Source: an uncultured Spirochaetota bacterium (lineage in GTDB: Bacteria; Spirochaetota; Brevinematia; Brevinematales; JAOACQ01). Taken from it: a stretch of DNA of 64,000 nt. This document shows, piece by piece, positions 1 to 9,123 of this stretch. Location: assembly GCA_963783575.1 (NCBI GenBank), contig CAWAOD010000012.1, positions 1-64,000 of the forward strand, in the 5' to 3' direction. The notes beneath the pieces were generated by a model that worked only from the letters and a program-made list of their open reading frames with translations, was not told where the DNA came from and did not search any database. Numbering within the stretch: position 1 is the first letter of the stretch; each line of letters begins with the position of its first letter. The position numbers and the translations under genes were made by a program.

Positions 1-281
1 GGGTGGGGGTGGTTTTTCATAAACACCTATTAGGTAAATGTTACCACCCCTTACCCCACATTCGACAGGCTCAGTGCATCGCTCCTAAAATAGGAAGGGA
101 ATAGTTTTCACAAATATAAATCGCTCAGTTTAGGGTATATTTATATTAAACTTCTATTTTTGACATATTTCATATTATTCTTTATTATATTTTATTGGAA
201 TATTATAGGATAGAAAAATATATTCTTAAATTAACATTTTTTATTAAACATATCTTTTAACTCGGGAAGTAAATAAACAGA

Positions 282-641
282 ATGCATGAATACCCTGTTA
301 CACAAAGGATCCTGCAGATCGCCGTAAAAACAGCCAATGAAAATCACGCCTCGAAAGTAACAAAAATCTCGCTTGTAGTCGGTGAACAATCCGGTTTTAT
401 CGGGGAATCCATTCAGATGTATTTTGACATATTATCCAGGGGCACTGTAGCCGAGGGAGCGGAAGTAATTATTCGCCCGGTCAGGTATAAATTAAAATGC
501 GAATCCTGCGGCAATTATTTTAGAAGGAAAAATTATTCCTTTATATGCCCAAGATGCGGCGGAAACGGTATTCCATCAGAAGTTGGTAAAGAGTTTTTTG
601 TTAAAAATATTGAAATTCTCGAATCGGAAAAAATGGAATAA
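282..641 (+). CDS. hypA: Hydrogenase nickel metallochaperone HypA
   Basis: N-terminal MHE Ni motif; CESC and CPRC zinc-binding pairs; 119 aa. Confidence 0.95.
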   Translation: MHEYPVTQRILQIAVKTANENHASKVTKISLVVGEQSGFIGESIQMYFDILSRGTVAEGAEVIIRPVRYKLKCESCGNYFRRKNYSFICPRCGGNGIPSEVGKEFFVKNIEILESEKME

Positions 642-678
642 ATATTAGTTAATTTTCATACTGAAATAAGAGGTTGTA

Positions 679-1341
679 ATGGCAAAGGAAACTATAGAAA
701 TAATGCAGGACATTTATGACGAAAATACAAAATTATCTGATAATATTCAATGGAAATTGACTGGCAAGAAAATTTTTTCCGTTAATATTCTTGGGGCACC
801 CGGTGTCGGCAAGACATCGGTGTTGATAAAACTTATCGATAAATTAAAACAGCCCGTTACTGTAATTGAAGGGGATGTCGAATCCGACATTGACACTAAA
901 ACCCTCCGCAATCTTAACATCCCCGCTTATCAGATCAATACTCATGGAGGTTGTCATCTCGATGCGCCGATGCTTTCAAAAGCAATTGACGAATTTCCAA
1001 TAAAGGAAAACAGCTTTCTTTTTATTGAAAATATAGGCAACCTAATATGTCCTGCCGAATTTGAAATCGGCGAACACATAAAGATACTGATTTGTTCCAC
1101 AACCGACGGGAGTGATAAACCTTATAAATACCCGCTTGCTTTTGAAAAGGCAAATGCCGTAATTGTAAACAAATCGGATTTACTTCCATATACCGATTTT
1201 AACAGGACTTTTTTTATTGAAGGGATAAAAAAACACAATAAAAATTCTGAAATATTTTTTACATCATCAAAGAATGATGATGGATTTGATGAAATAGCAA
1301 AATGGCTTTTAAAATATAAAACAAATATAATGGCGGTTTGA
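679..1341 (+). CDS. hypB: Hydrogenase nickel-insertion GTPase HypB
   Basis: GAPGVGKT P-loop, IEGD, GGCHLDA, ENIGNLICPAEF, DKPYKYP, NKSD. Confidence 0.95.
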   Translation: MAKETIEIMQDIYDENTKLSDNIQWKLTGKKIFSVNILGAPGVGKTSVLIKLIDKLKQPVTVIEGDVESDIDTKTLRNLNIPAYQINTHGGCHLDAPMLSKAIDEFPIKENSFLFIENIGNLICPAEFEIGEHIKILICSTTDGSDKPYKYPLAFEKANAVIVNKSDLLPYTDFNRTFFIEGIKKHNKNSEIFFTSSKNDDGFDEIAKWLLKYKTNIMAV

Positions 1342-1343
1342 AA

Positions 1344-2645
1344 ATGTGTTATGCAATACCCGGAAAGGTTACAGGATTTGAAAATAATAAAGTAATAGTT
1401 GATTATTTCGGTGAAAAGAAAAAGGCCATCAATGAATTCCATAATTTAAAGATCGGTGATTATATTTACGCGCAGGGAGGTTATGTCATCGATAAAATCC
1501 CGGCAAAAGAAGCCAGGCAAACATTATCATTATGGAAAGAGGTCTTTTTTGACCTTCAGGAAACAGATGTTAAGCTTTCCAGAATGGATACAGATGGAAA
1601 AAATATAGGAAAGAATGTTGTTCAGATCCTTGATAAAGCTACACAGGGAATATCATTAAAACAAAGCGAACTAAATGAATTAATTAATCTTAAAAAACCC
1701 GAAGAACTGGAAACGCTTTATCATTCCGCGAATTTTTTAAGACAGAAGCATCTTGGAAATTCCTGCTGTGTACACGGAATCATAGAATTCTCAAATTATT
1801 GTGAAAAAGCCTGCCAGTATTGCGGTATTTCCGGAATTGCAAAAAATATTGAACGCTACAGAATGACAAAAAATGAAATTGTCGATTGCGCTTATGAAGC
1901 GGTTTCAAGATATGGATTTAAAGCCCTTGTTCTTCAGAGCGGAGAGGACACTTTTTATTCACCGGATGATCTTGCCGAGATTATTTCGGAAATAAAAAAG
2001 AAAATGCCGGTACTGATCTTTATCAGCACCGGTGAAATAGGAATTGAAGGTCTTCAAAAACTTTACAACGCAGGCGCCAGAGGACTTCTGATGAGGTTTG
2101 AGACAAGTAATCCTGAGTTGTACTCAAAATTGCGGCCCGGGCAGAATCTTAAATCAAGGCTTGATCATTTGAAGGCGGCTTACAGGATGGGATATCTCAT
2201 CATAACCGGCGGGCTCATCGGTCTGCCGGGCCAGACTGAACAGGATTTGATAAACGACATTATTTTGACAAAAGAACTCCATACCGAAATGTACAGCTTC
2301 GGCCCATTCATTCCAAGCCCAAATACACTTCTATCAAAAGAAAAGCTGACCGATACGGATACGATACTCAAAGTACTGGCACTAAGCCGTATCATCGACC
2401 CCAAAAACGCTAAAATACTTGTTACGACAGGGTTTGAAACATTTGACAAAGATGCCCGCAGTAAGGGGCTTATGGCGGGAGCAAATTCAGTGATGCTTAA
2501 TGTAACCCCGGAAAGGTTTAAAAAGAACTATACTATTTATCCGAACAGGGCACATATCGATGAAAGCCTTGAAAGTCAGATCGATATAACACTTTCACTA
2601 CTTAAGAGCCTTGGAAGAGCGCCAACGGATTTAGGAATAGGCTAA
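1344..2645 (+). CDS. Fusion of a HypC/HupF-like domain with a HydE-like radical SAM protein
   Basis: ATG at 1344 gives MCYAIPGKV...VDYFG...GDYIYAQGGYVI (HypC pattern, about 70 aa), followed by CEKACQYC, LQSGED, GLPGQT, GPFIPSPNT and GANSVMLNVTP...YTIY (HydE/BioB-like). Confidence 0.85.
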   Translation: MCYAIPGKVTGFENNKVIVDYFGEKKKAINEFHNLKIGDYIYAQGGYVIDKIPAKEARQTLSLWKEVFFDLQETDVKLSRMDTDGKNIGKNVVQILDKATQGISLKQSELNELINLKKPEELETLYHSANFLRQKHLGNSCCVHGIIEFSNYCEKACQYCGISGIAKNIERYRMTKNEIVDCAYEAVSRYGFKALVLQSGEDTFYSPDDLAEIISEIKKKMPVLIFISTGEIGIEGLQKLYNAGARGLLMRFETSNPELYSKLRPGQNLKSRLDHLKAAYRMGYLIITGGLIGLPGQTEQDLINDIILTKELHTEMYSFGPFIPSPNTLLSKEKLTDTDTILKVLALSRIIDPKNAKILVTTGFETFDKDARSKGLMAGANSVMLNVTPERFKKNYTIYPNRAHIDESLESQIDITLSLLKSLGRAPTDLGIG

Positions 2646-4054
2646 AAATATAAATCCCTTTCGCCATTCTTAATTTTATCCAGGTTATCAATCATCTTTT
2701 TCTTTAGCTCCGGCTTTTCTATCCCGCCCAATATGGAATTGATTAACTTGAGACCCTTTACTTTTGTTTCCGGTTTTGCGTAATCCATAAGATATTCCTG
2801 GAATGTAAAAACACCGTTCGGCATGCAGAATTCTTTTATTAAACCGGGTTTTGCAAGATCCATGAAATCGTTCCCCACCCTGCCCTTCCGGTAACAGCCA
2901 GTGCAGAAAGAGGGAATATATCCCTGGTCTATAAGGTTTGAGATCACTTCATCAACTGAGCGGTGATCGCCAAGCGAGAACTGGCTCCCGGAATTCTCAT
3001 TCCCAGAATGGGAATAAGCCCCTGGGTTTGTTCTGGAACCAGCCGATATCTGGCTTATTCCATAATTGAAAAGCTCGGTCCTTAAAGTCTCGTTTTCTCT
3101 TGTGCTTAAAATCATTCCTGTATATGGAAGCGCAATTCTGATTATTGCAACAAGCTTTTTAAAATCCTTATCGCTCACAGGATAAGGAATGTGCGATGCA
3201 AGCGGTGCGTTTTGAGCCGGTTCAATCCTTGGAACACTGACGGTATGGGGTCCGCACCCGAATATTTTTTCAAGATGGCTCGCGTGTTCCATCATAGCAA
3301 GGACTTCAAAACGGTAGTCTGCGAGCCCGAATAAAGCGCCGATGCCTATATCATCGATTCCTCCGTCCATAGCCCTGTCCATAACAGTCAAACGGTATTC
3401 GTAATCGGATTTTGATCCGACCGGGTGGTATTTTTTGTATAAAACCGGATCATAAGTCTCCTGAAAACAAACATAAGTTCCGATTTTTTCCTTTTTTAAT
3501 GCTGCAAAACCCTCCTTTTCAAGAGGAGCAATTTCAACATTTATGCGCCTGATTGTACTAGTACCTGCCCGGGCTTTATAAGCCGTTCGAATTGCTTCAA
3601 AAAAATATTCAAGAGGATTCTCAGCATCTTCTCCGCAAAGCATTAATATTCTTTTATGTCCCTCGTTTAAAAGGGATACCACTTCCGAATCGATCTGCTT
3701 CATATTCAAAACCACACGCCGGAGTTCAAGATTATCTTTTCTAAAAGCACAGTATAAGCAATTATTGGAGCATTTATTGCCTATATAAAGAGGGGCAAAT
3801 AAAACAATCCTTTTACCGTATATTTTCTCTTTTACCATTCCGGCAGTTTTAAATATCTTTTTTATTTCAGTATCGTCCTGTAATCTCAACAATTTCGATA
3901 CATCAATCAGATCGAGGCCTTTCAATTTCAGAGCCTTGTTCAAAATCCCATCGACCTCAGCCTCCGAAGGCTCTTTACCTTCAATCAATTCATATAGTTT
4001 ATCCCTATCTATAAAATTATAATTTTTTAAATTATTATTTTTTGCCGCATTCAT
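2642..4054 (-). CDS. hydG: [FeFe]-hydrogenase H-cluster radical SAM maturase HydG
   Basis: FAPLYIGNKCSNNCLYCAF, FQETY, GPHTVSVPRIEPA and C-terminal CTGC-x22-C auxiliary cluster motif, which ThiH lacks. Confidence 0.92.
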   Translation of the reverse strand: MNAAKNNNLKNYNFIDRDKLYELIEGKEPSEAEVDGILNKALKLKGLDLIDVSKLLRLQDDTEIKKIFKTAGMVKEKIYGKRIVLFAPLYIGNKCSNNCLYCAFRKDNLELRRVVLNMKQIDSEVVSLLNEGHKRILMLCGEDAENPLEYFFEAIRTAYKARAGTSTIRRINVEIAPLEKEGFAALKKEKIGTYVCFQETYDPVLYKKYHPVGSKSDYEYRLTVMDRAMDGGIDDIGIGALFGLADYRFEVLAMMEHASHLEKIFGCGPHTVSVPRIEPAQNAPLASHIPYPVSDKDFKKLVAIIRIALPYTGMILSTRENETLRTELFNYGISQISAGSRTNPGAYSHSGNENSGSQFSLGDHRSVDEVISNLIDQGYIPSFCTGCYRKGRVGNDFMDLAKPGLIKEFCMPNGVFTFQEYLMDYAKPETKVKGLKLINSILGGIEKPELKKKMIDNLDKIKNGERDLYF

Positions 4055-4147
4055 TTATCTTCTCCTGTTTTATTCTTTGTTATAAATGATCTTCTGATCA
4101 AGAAGTCATTCATTGCCCAAAACTTGCAATACTGTTTTGGGACACAC

Positions 4148-5578
4148 TTAATCTCCCAATATCTGACCGATATAAATTCCATTAGCACCGGCCTGCATTA
4201 AACCCCGTGTTATACCCGCCCCGTCGCCGGCGACAAATAAATTTAAAATATTTGACTGAAAATATTGGTCAATATGTATAATATTGGAATAAAATTTAAC
4301 TTCCACACCATATAAAAGGGTTTCATTTCCGGCTACTCCGGGTACAATTGTATCAAGAGCCTCTATCATCTCTTTAATATCAAGCAAAATCCTGTAGGGA
4401 ATAACAAGGCTCAAATCACCCGGCAAAGCATCATTTAAAGTAGGTTCGATATTATTCCTTTTTAGACGTTCTATAGTTGTTCTCCTGCCTCTGCGAAAAT
4501 CACCATACCTCTGTACGATAATTTTATTACCGGCAAGCATATTTCCGAGGCCCGCTATATATTTCCCGTATTCGATCGGATTGTGAAAAGGCTTTGTAAA
4601 ATAATTCGAAACCAGGATGGCAAAGTTTGTGTTGTTTGATTTGAGCTCTTCTTTATAGCTATGGCCATTCACTACAGCCAGGCCAGGAATGGCATTTCCT
4701 GCAATTGAATCAGCATCTTGAATCGTGTCCGCAAACTTATTATCGTAATATTCCACTGAAACCATACCGGAAGGATTCTGGCAGAAAGTCCTGACTTTAT
4801 CGTCAAATGTGGGGGTATAAAAAATGAATTTACCCTCGTACAACGCTTCATTTATCACTTTCATAACTTCATTTCTGACTTCAACCCTGACTCCGATATC
4901 TACCGGTCCAACATCTGTCTCTATACTGAATTTATTGCAGATTTTTGACAGCCAGTCCGATCCTTCCCTGCCGACCGCAAGAACAACTCTATCTGCATAA
5001 TATTCTTTATCGGCAATTACACCCTGTATTGCGCCGTCTTTTATTATCAGGTCAGATACCGGATTTTTAAATGATAGTGAAATTCCCCTATCCAGCAAAT
5101 AATTTTGAATCTGTGTATAAATCTGGTAACTTTGCTCCGTTCCCAAATGCCTTATGGGACATTCAATCAGCCTCATATTGCTTCGAATCGCTTTTGTCCT
5201 GATTTCTTCAATCATTTCCGGATGATCTACACCGTAAACTTTTTTATCGGCATTGTAGGACAAATATATTTGATCCACATACCGGATTAACTCATTTGTT
5301 TTATCGAACCCGATATAACGCGGCAATTCGCCTCCAACATCGGCGGAAAGAGACAGCTTACCGTCGCTATAGGCCCCCGCTCCTGAAAACCCGGATGTGA
5401 TGCTGCAGGGGATGCAATTGGCGCACTGGCCTGTTTTTCTTTTAAGACAAATCCTATCCTGAATAGCCCTGCCTTTCTCCAGAACCAAAATTTTAAAATC
5501 AGGATGTTTTTTATTGAGCTCATAAGCCGTAAATATCCCCGCCGGCCCGGCTCCCACAATGATTACGTCATATTTCAT
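4148..5578 (-). CDS. NAD(P)/FAD-dependent oxidoreductase with N-terminal Cys cluster
   Basis: GAGPAG, C..C..C..C, GFSGAGAYSDGKL, GDGAGITRGL. Confidence 0.85.
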   Translation of the reverse strand: MKYDVIIVGAGPAGIFTAYELNKKHPDFKILVLEKGRAIQDRICLKRKTGQCANCIPCSITSGFSGAGAYSDGKLSLSADVGGELPRYIGFDKTNELIRYVDQIYLSYNADKKVYGVDHPEMIEEIRTKAIRSNMRLIECPIRHLGTEQSYQIYTQIQNYLLDRGISLSFKNPVSDLIIKDGAIQGVIADKEYYADRVVLAVGREGSDWLSKICNKFSIETDVGPVDIGVRVEVRNEVMKVINEALYEGKFIFYTPTFDDKVRTFCQNPSGMVSVEYYDNKFADTIQDADSIAGNAIPGLAVVNGHSYKEELKSNNTNFAILVSNYFTKPFHNPIEYGKYIAGLGNMLAGNKIIVQRYGDFRRGRRTTIERLKRNNIEPTLNDALPGDLSLVIPYRILLDIKEMIEALDTIVPGVAGNETLLYGVEVKFYSNIIHIDQYFQSNILNLFVAGDGAGITRGLMQAGANGIYIGQILGD

Positions 5579-5755
5579 TCATTCAGCCTTCTATTGTATA
5601 GCATAACACACCAGAAGCAAGCATATAATATTATTATCAAATTTTTAAGAAAAGTCAAGCCAGGGCATTCTATAATTCACAGTTTGACTTTTGTTTCATC
5701 TTAGGATAATATAATCGTTTATATATAAATATCCAAATAAACAAAGGTTTAATTT

Positions 5756-6520
5756 GTGAGTAAAAGAAATATTAAATTACATTTATGTTTTGACGGGAAG
5801 AATTACTGCGGCTGGCAGAAACAGCCAAATCATGCCAATGTACAGGGTGTGCTTGAAGCCAAACTTTCAAGGATATTGAAAGACAGGATTAAAATGACAG
5901 GTATCGGCAGAACTGACGCGGGAGCGCATGCCATTTTTTTTACCGCAAATTTTTTTACAACGAATTTTACGCTTCCTGTAGAAAAAATGGCTTTTGTTTT
6001 TAATAATTCCCTCCCGGAAGATATCAGGATTATCTCAGCAAATGAAGTTGATTTAAGTTTTCATTCAAGGTTCGATGCCGGCGCAAGAGAATACATTTAT
6101 ACCATTATAAATACAAAAATACCTTTGCCGTTTTTCCATGATTATGCTCATATAGAAACAAGGCCGTTAAATATTAATAAAATAGGTGAAGCATGCAGAT
6201 TGTTCAAAGGGGTAAATAATTTTAATAATTACTGTCATGGCTATAATATCGATATAAATTATCAACGTGAAATCTTCTATTTCAGGGTAAGAAAAATCAA
6301 TTTTCAAAATTTCCCGGTTATAATATTCTTTATAAAAGGAAACGGGTTTCTCTGGGGGATGATAAGGACAATGGTTTCTGTGTGCTTAAATTATGCATTA
6401 GGGAATATTACTCAGGATGATATTGAAAAATCTCTGAGGAGTAACGAAAAAATAGATTCCCGCTACAGGTCACCGGTCTCTTCCAGCGGACTTTACTTTA
6501 AAAGAGGATTTTACAGTTAA
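5756..6520 (+). CDS. truA: tRNA pseudouridine(38-40) synthase
   Basis: GWQKQ, GRTDAGAHA, FHSRFDA, GFLWGMIR; GTG start. Confidence 0.93.
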   Translation: MSKRNIKLHLCFDGKNYCGWQKQPNHANVQGVLEAKLSRILKDRIKMTGIGRTDAGAHAIFFTANFFTTNFTLPVEKMAFVFNNSLPEDIRIISANEVDLSFHSRFDAGAREYIYTIINTKIPLPFFHDYAHIETRPLNINKIGEACRLFKGVNNFNNYCHGYNIDINYQREIFYFRVRKINFQNFPVIIFFIKGNGFLWGMIRTMVSVCLNYALGNITQDDIEKSLRSNEKIDSRYRSPVSSSGLYFKRGFYS

Positions 6521-6543
6521 GATTTCCTTAACAACACAGGTTG

Positions 6544-7389
6544 TTAATAACCCATAAACTTAAGGATAACATAAAATACCGGAGCAGAAAATAATATACT
6601 GTCAAACCTGTCAAAAAACCCGCCATGCCCGGGCAGCAAGTCTCCGGAATCCTTGGAGTGCGACCATCTTTTTATGGTGGATTCTCCCAGATCTCCGATA
6701 ATACTCGCAAGGATCACCGAAAGAGAGATAATAAACATTTCTGAAACACTGAAATTAGTTGATAAAGCAAAGATTTTCTGTATGATGAAGCAGGCTGTAG
6801 CTGCTATAAATCCGAACAGGAAAGAACCGATATATCCTTCTACAGTTTTGTTCGGACTGGATAAAAACGGAATTTTATGTTTTCCGAAAATATTACCGAG
6901 TAACAACCCGCCCGTATCAGTTAAAAAAGTTATTATTGCTAATATAGCCAATAACCATCCTGAAATATCCATCATTTTAATAAGCCCCATTAATGGAGCA
7001 AATACTCCAAGGATTATAAAGCCGAATAATGAAATGCCTATATTTTCCATTGAGGATTCAAAATTTCCGGATGTCGATTCGATTATAAGTATAATCAGGC
7101 AGAATAGTGTTATGATTGTGATAAGTATTGTAAATAAATAGCCGACGTCATAAATGCCGAGCCCGAATAAATAGTAAGCAATAAAACTTAAAGTCACTGA
7201 AATTGAATTTATCCAGACATAAAATCTATAACCTCTCCTCTCCATCAGACTGAATATTTCAAATGAAATAACCAATGATATTATTAATAAGCAAAGAAAA
7301 GCCGGTAAGCCGTTCGCAATTCTGGTAAATACCACAAAGATTCCTATTGGGAGAAGCACTAAGGCTGTAATCACACGTTCGCGTAACAT
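6544..7389 (-). CDS. cdsA: Phosphatidate cytidylyltransferase
   Basis: SPNKTVEG and KDSGDLLPGHGGFFDRFDS; follows uppS. Confidence 0.95.
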   Translation of the reverse strand: MLRERVITALVLLPIGIFVVFTRIANGLPAFLCLLIISLVISFEIFSLMERRGYRFYVWINSISVTLSFIAYYLFGLGIYDVGYLFTILITIITLFCLIILIIESTSGNFESSMENIGISLFGFIILGVFAPLMGLIKMMDISGWLLAILAIITFLTDTGGLLLGNIFGKHKIPFLSSPNKTVEGYIGSFLFGFIAATACFIIQKIFALSTNFSVSEMFIISLSVILASIIGDLGESTIKRWSHSKDSGDLLPGHGGFFDRFDSILFSAPVFYVILKFMGY

Positions 7390-7403
7390 TTTCCCTCCTA
7401 AAC

Positions 7404-8136
7404 CTATAAACTCCCATACCTTCTTTTTCTTTTTTGGAAATCATTTATCGCTCTGCAGAAATCTTTCGGTTTAAAATCGGGCCATAATTTTTTAGTAAAC
7501 CAGAATTCGGCGTAAGCTGACTGCCATATTAAAAAATTACTGATTCTTTGCTCTCCGCTTGTCCTTATAATCAAATCAACATCGGGTAAATCAGGATGAT
7601 AAAGATAATTTCCGAAATCCCTTTCCGTTAATTTGTCAATTTCAACACAATCATTTTTATAATCAGCCGAAAGCTTTTTAGCCGCATCCAGGATTTCCCT
7701 CTTCCCTCCATAATTAAAAGCAATATTTAACGTATAGGATTTACAATCTTTTGTTCTATCAATGGATTCTTTCAGCAATTTCAGCAAATCTTCGTTAAGG
7801 TTCTCATCAGTGCCGGTGATCATTAACCTTATATCATTCTTCAATAGAGTATCCGTGTATTCCTTAACAAGATTTTTAGCCAGTTCCATAAGAAATTCCG
7901 ACTTCATCCTGAGGCCTTTGCCAATTTTCAGTGGAAAACGCAAATACTGTAATATACTTAACCCCAATCTCCCTATTAAATTCTATAATATTTTTAAGGA
8001 CACGATAGCCTTTTTCATGTCCTCTTATTCTTGCAAGATCTCTTTTTTTAGCCCATCTCCCATTGCCATCCATTATTATAGCAATGTGACCGGGCAGGTT
8101 CATCTCATCTATTTCTATACCATTAAAATTCATCAA
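7404..8136 (-). pseudogene. uppS: Undecaprenyl diphosphate synthase split by a single extra base near 7896-7900 (probably a sequence error)
   Basis: HIAIIMDGNGRWA...FSTENWQRP in ORF 7876-8136; NYGG and IRTSGEQRISNFLIWQ in ORF 7404-7967; removing one base joins them. Confidence 0.85.
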
Positions 8137-8156
8137 AACCCCGACAGTTTAGAAGC

Positions 8157-8723
8157 CTATACTTCCATGATTTCTTTTTCTTTTTTAACTATAAGATCAT
8201 CAATTACTTTTATATGATTATCAGTTACTTTCTGAATTTCATCAAGTTCTTTTCTTTCATCATCTTCACTGATGTGCCCATCTTTTGCAAGTTTCTTTAT
8301 ATGGGCATTTATATCTCTTCTTTCATTCCTGATTCCCACTTTCACTTCTTCGGCGATCTCTTTTGCTTTTTTAACATATTCTTTTTTCGTATCTTCTGTT
8401 AGCGGAGGAATTGAAACACGAATAACTCTCCCATCATTGGTAGCCTGAAAACCTAAACCGGAATCGGATATACCTTTTTCAATACTTTTTAAAATACTCT
8501 TATCCCACGCATCTATTACAATAGTATGGGGATCGGGAGTTGAGAGTGAGGCCGCCTGTTTTACAGGAGTTAAATTACCGTAATAATCAAAACGAATATC
8601 TTCAACCATTGCCGAATTAGCCCTGCCTGTCCTTAATTTTTTGAATTCATCTTTTAAATGTTGAATTGTTTTGTCCATCCGTTCATTGGCTTCCTGCTTA
8701 ACTTTTTTAAACTCTTCTACCAT
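8157..8723 (-). CDS. frr: Ribosome recycling factor
   Basis: LRTGRAN, DYYG, IPPLTED, IRNERR; start at 8723 after GGAGG. Confidence 0.95.
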   Translation of the reverse strand: MVEEFKKVKQEANERMDKTIQHLKDEFKKLRTGRANSAMVEDIRFDYYGNLTPVKQAASLSTPDPHTIVIDAWDKSILKSIEKGISDSGLGFQATNDGRVIRVSIPPLTEDTKKEYVKKAKEIAEEVKVGIRNERRDINAHIKKLAKDGHISEDDERKELDEIQKVTDNHIKVIDDLIVKKEKEIMEV

Positions 8724-8795
8724 AATTATTCCTCCACTATATAAATTTACTATCATTATTTTATCTGAAATCAATTATAATTTCAATTTATCTAT

Positions 8796-8965
8796 AGTAA
8801 ATGACAAAACACCATGGCGGTGTTTTGTCATTTACTTTACAGTTTTGATTAGAACAATTCTGGGCCGGACAAAACTATTGTCTGTTTTATATATTTTTAT
8901 TACTTCTTTTATTTTCTATTTACAATACACCATGGCGGTGTTTTGCATTTACTTTACAGTTTTGA
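8796..8965. repeat. Perfect 18-bp inverted repeat (8796-8836) plus a roughly 40-bp direct repeat copy (8809-8850 and 8927-8965)
   Basis: AGTAAATGACAAAACACC-atggc-GGTGTTTTGTCATTTACT; ACACCATGGCGGTGTTTTG(T)CATTTACTTTACAGTTTTGA occurs twice. Confidence 0.85.
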
Positions 8966-9043
8966 ATTGACTGCTTGTATAAAATTCCAGTTCCTTATTT
9001 GCGGGCTTAATTCATAATTATAAAAAATAAATAAAAAAATATC

Positions 9044-9070
9044 TAATATAAAATTTAATCCTTCCGAAAA
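9044..9070 (+). promoter_or_regulatory. Putative sigma-28 (FliA) promoter of flaB
   Basis: TAAT-N15-TCCGAAAA versus consensus TAAA-N15-GCCGATAA, upstream of flagellin. Confidence 0.55.
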
Positions 9071-9080
9071 ATAAAAATAG

Positions 9081-9119
9081 CTGAGGACAAGGATGTTCTC
9101 AGAGAAATATCAAGGAGGA
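9081..9119 (+). promoter_or_regulatory. CsrA-binding hairpin and SD-overlapping GGA site in the flaB leader
   Basis: CTGAGGACA-AGGA-TGTTCTCAG stem-loop containing ACAAGGATGT; second site CAAGGAGGA at the RBS. Confidence 0.75.
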
Positions 9120-9123
9120 TATT

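Noticed and set aside
1344..4054. BioB, PylB or ThiH assignment for the two radical SAM genes
   Set aside because: The second has the HydG C-terminal cysteine motif; the first has HydE-like GPFIP and YxxY motifs and sits next to hydG, with no bio, pyl or thiGH context. A phylogeny is still needed.
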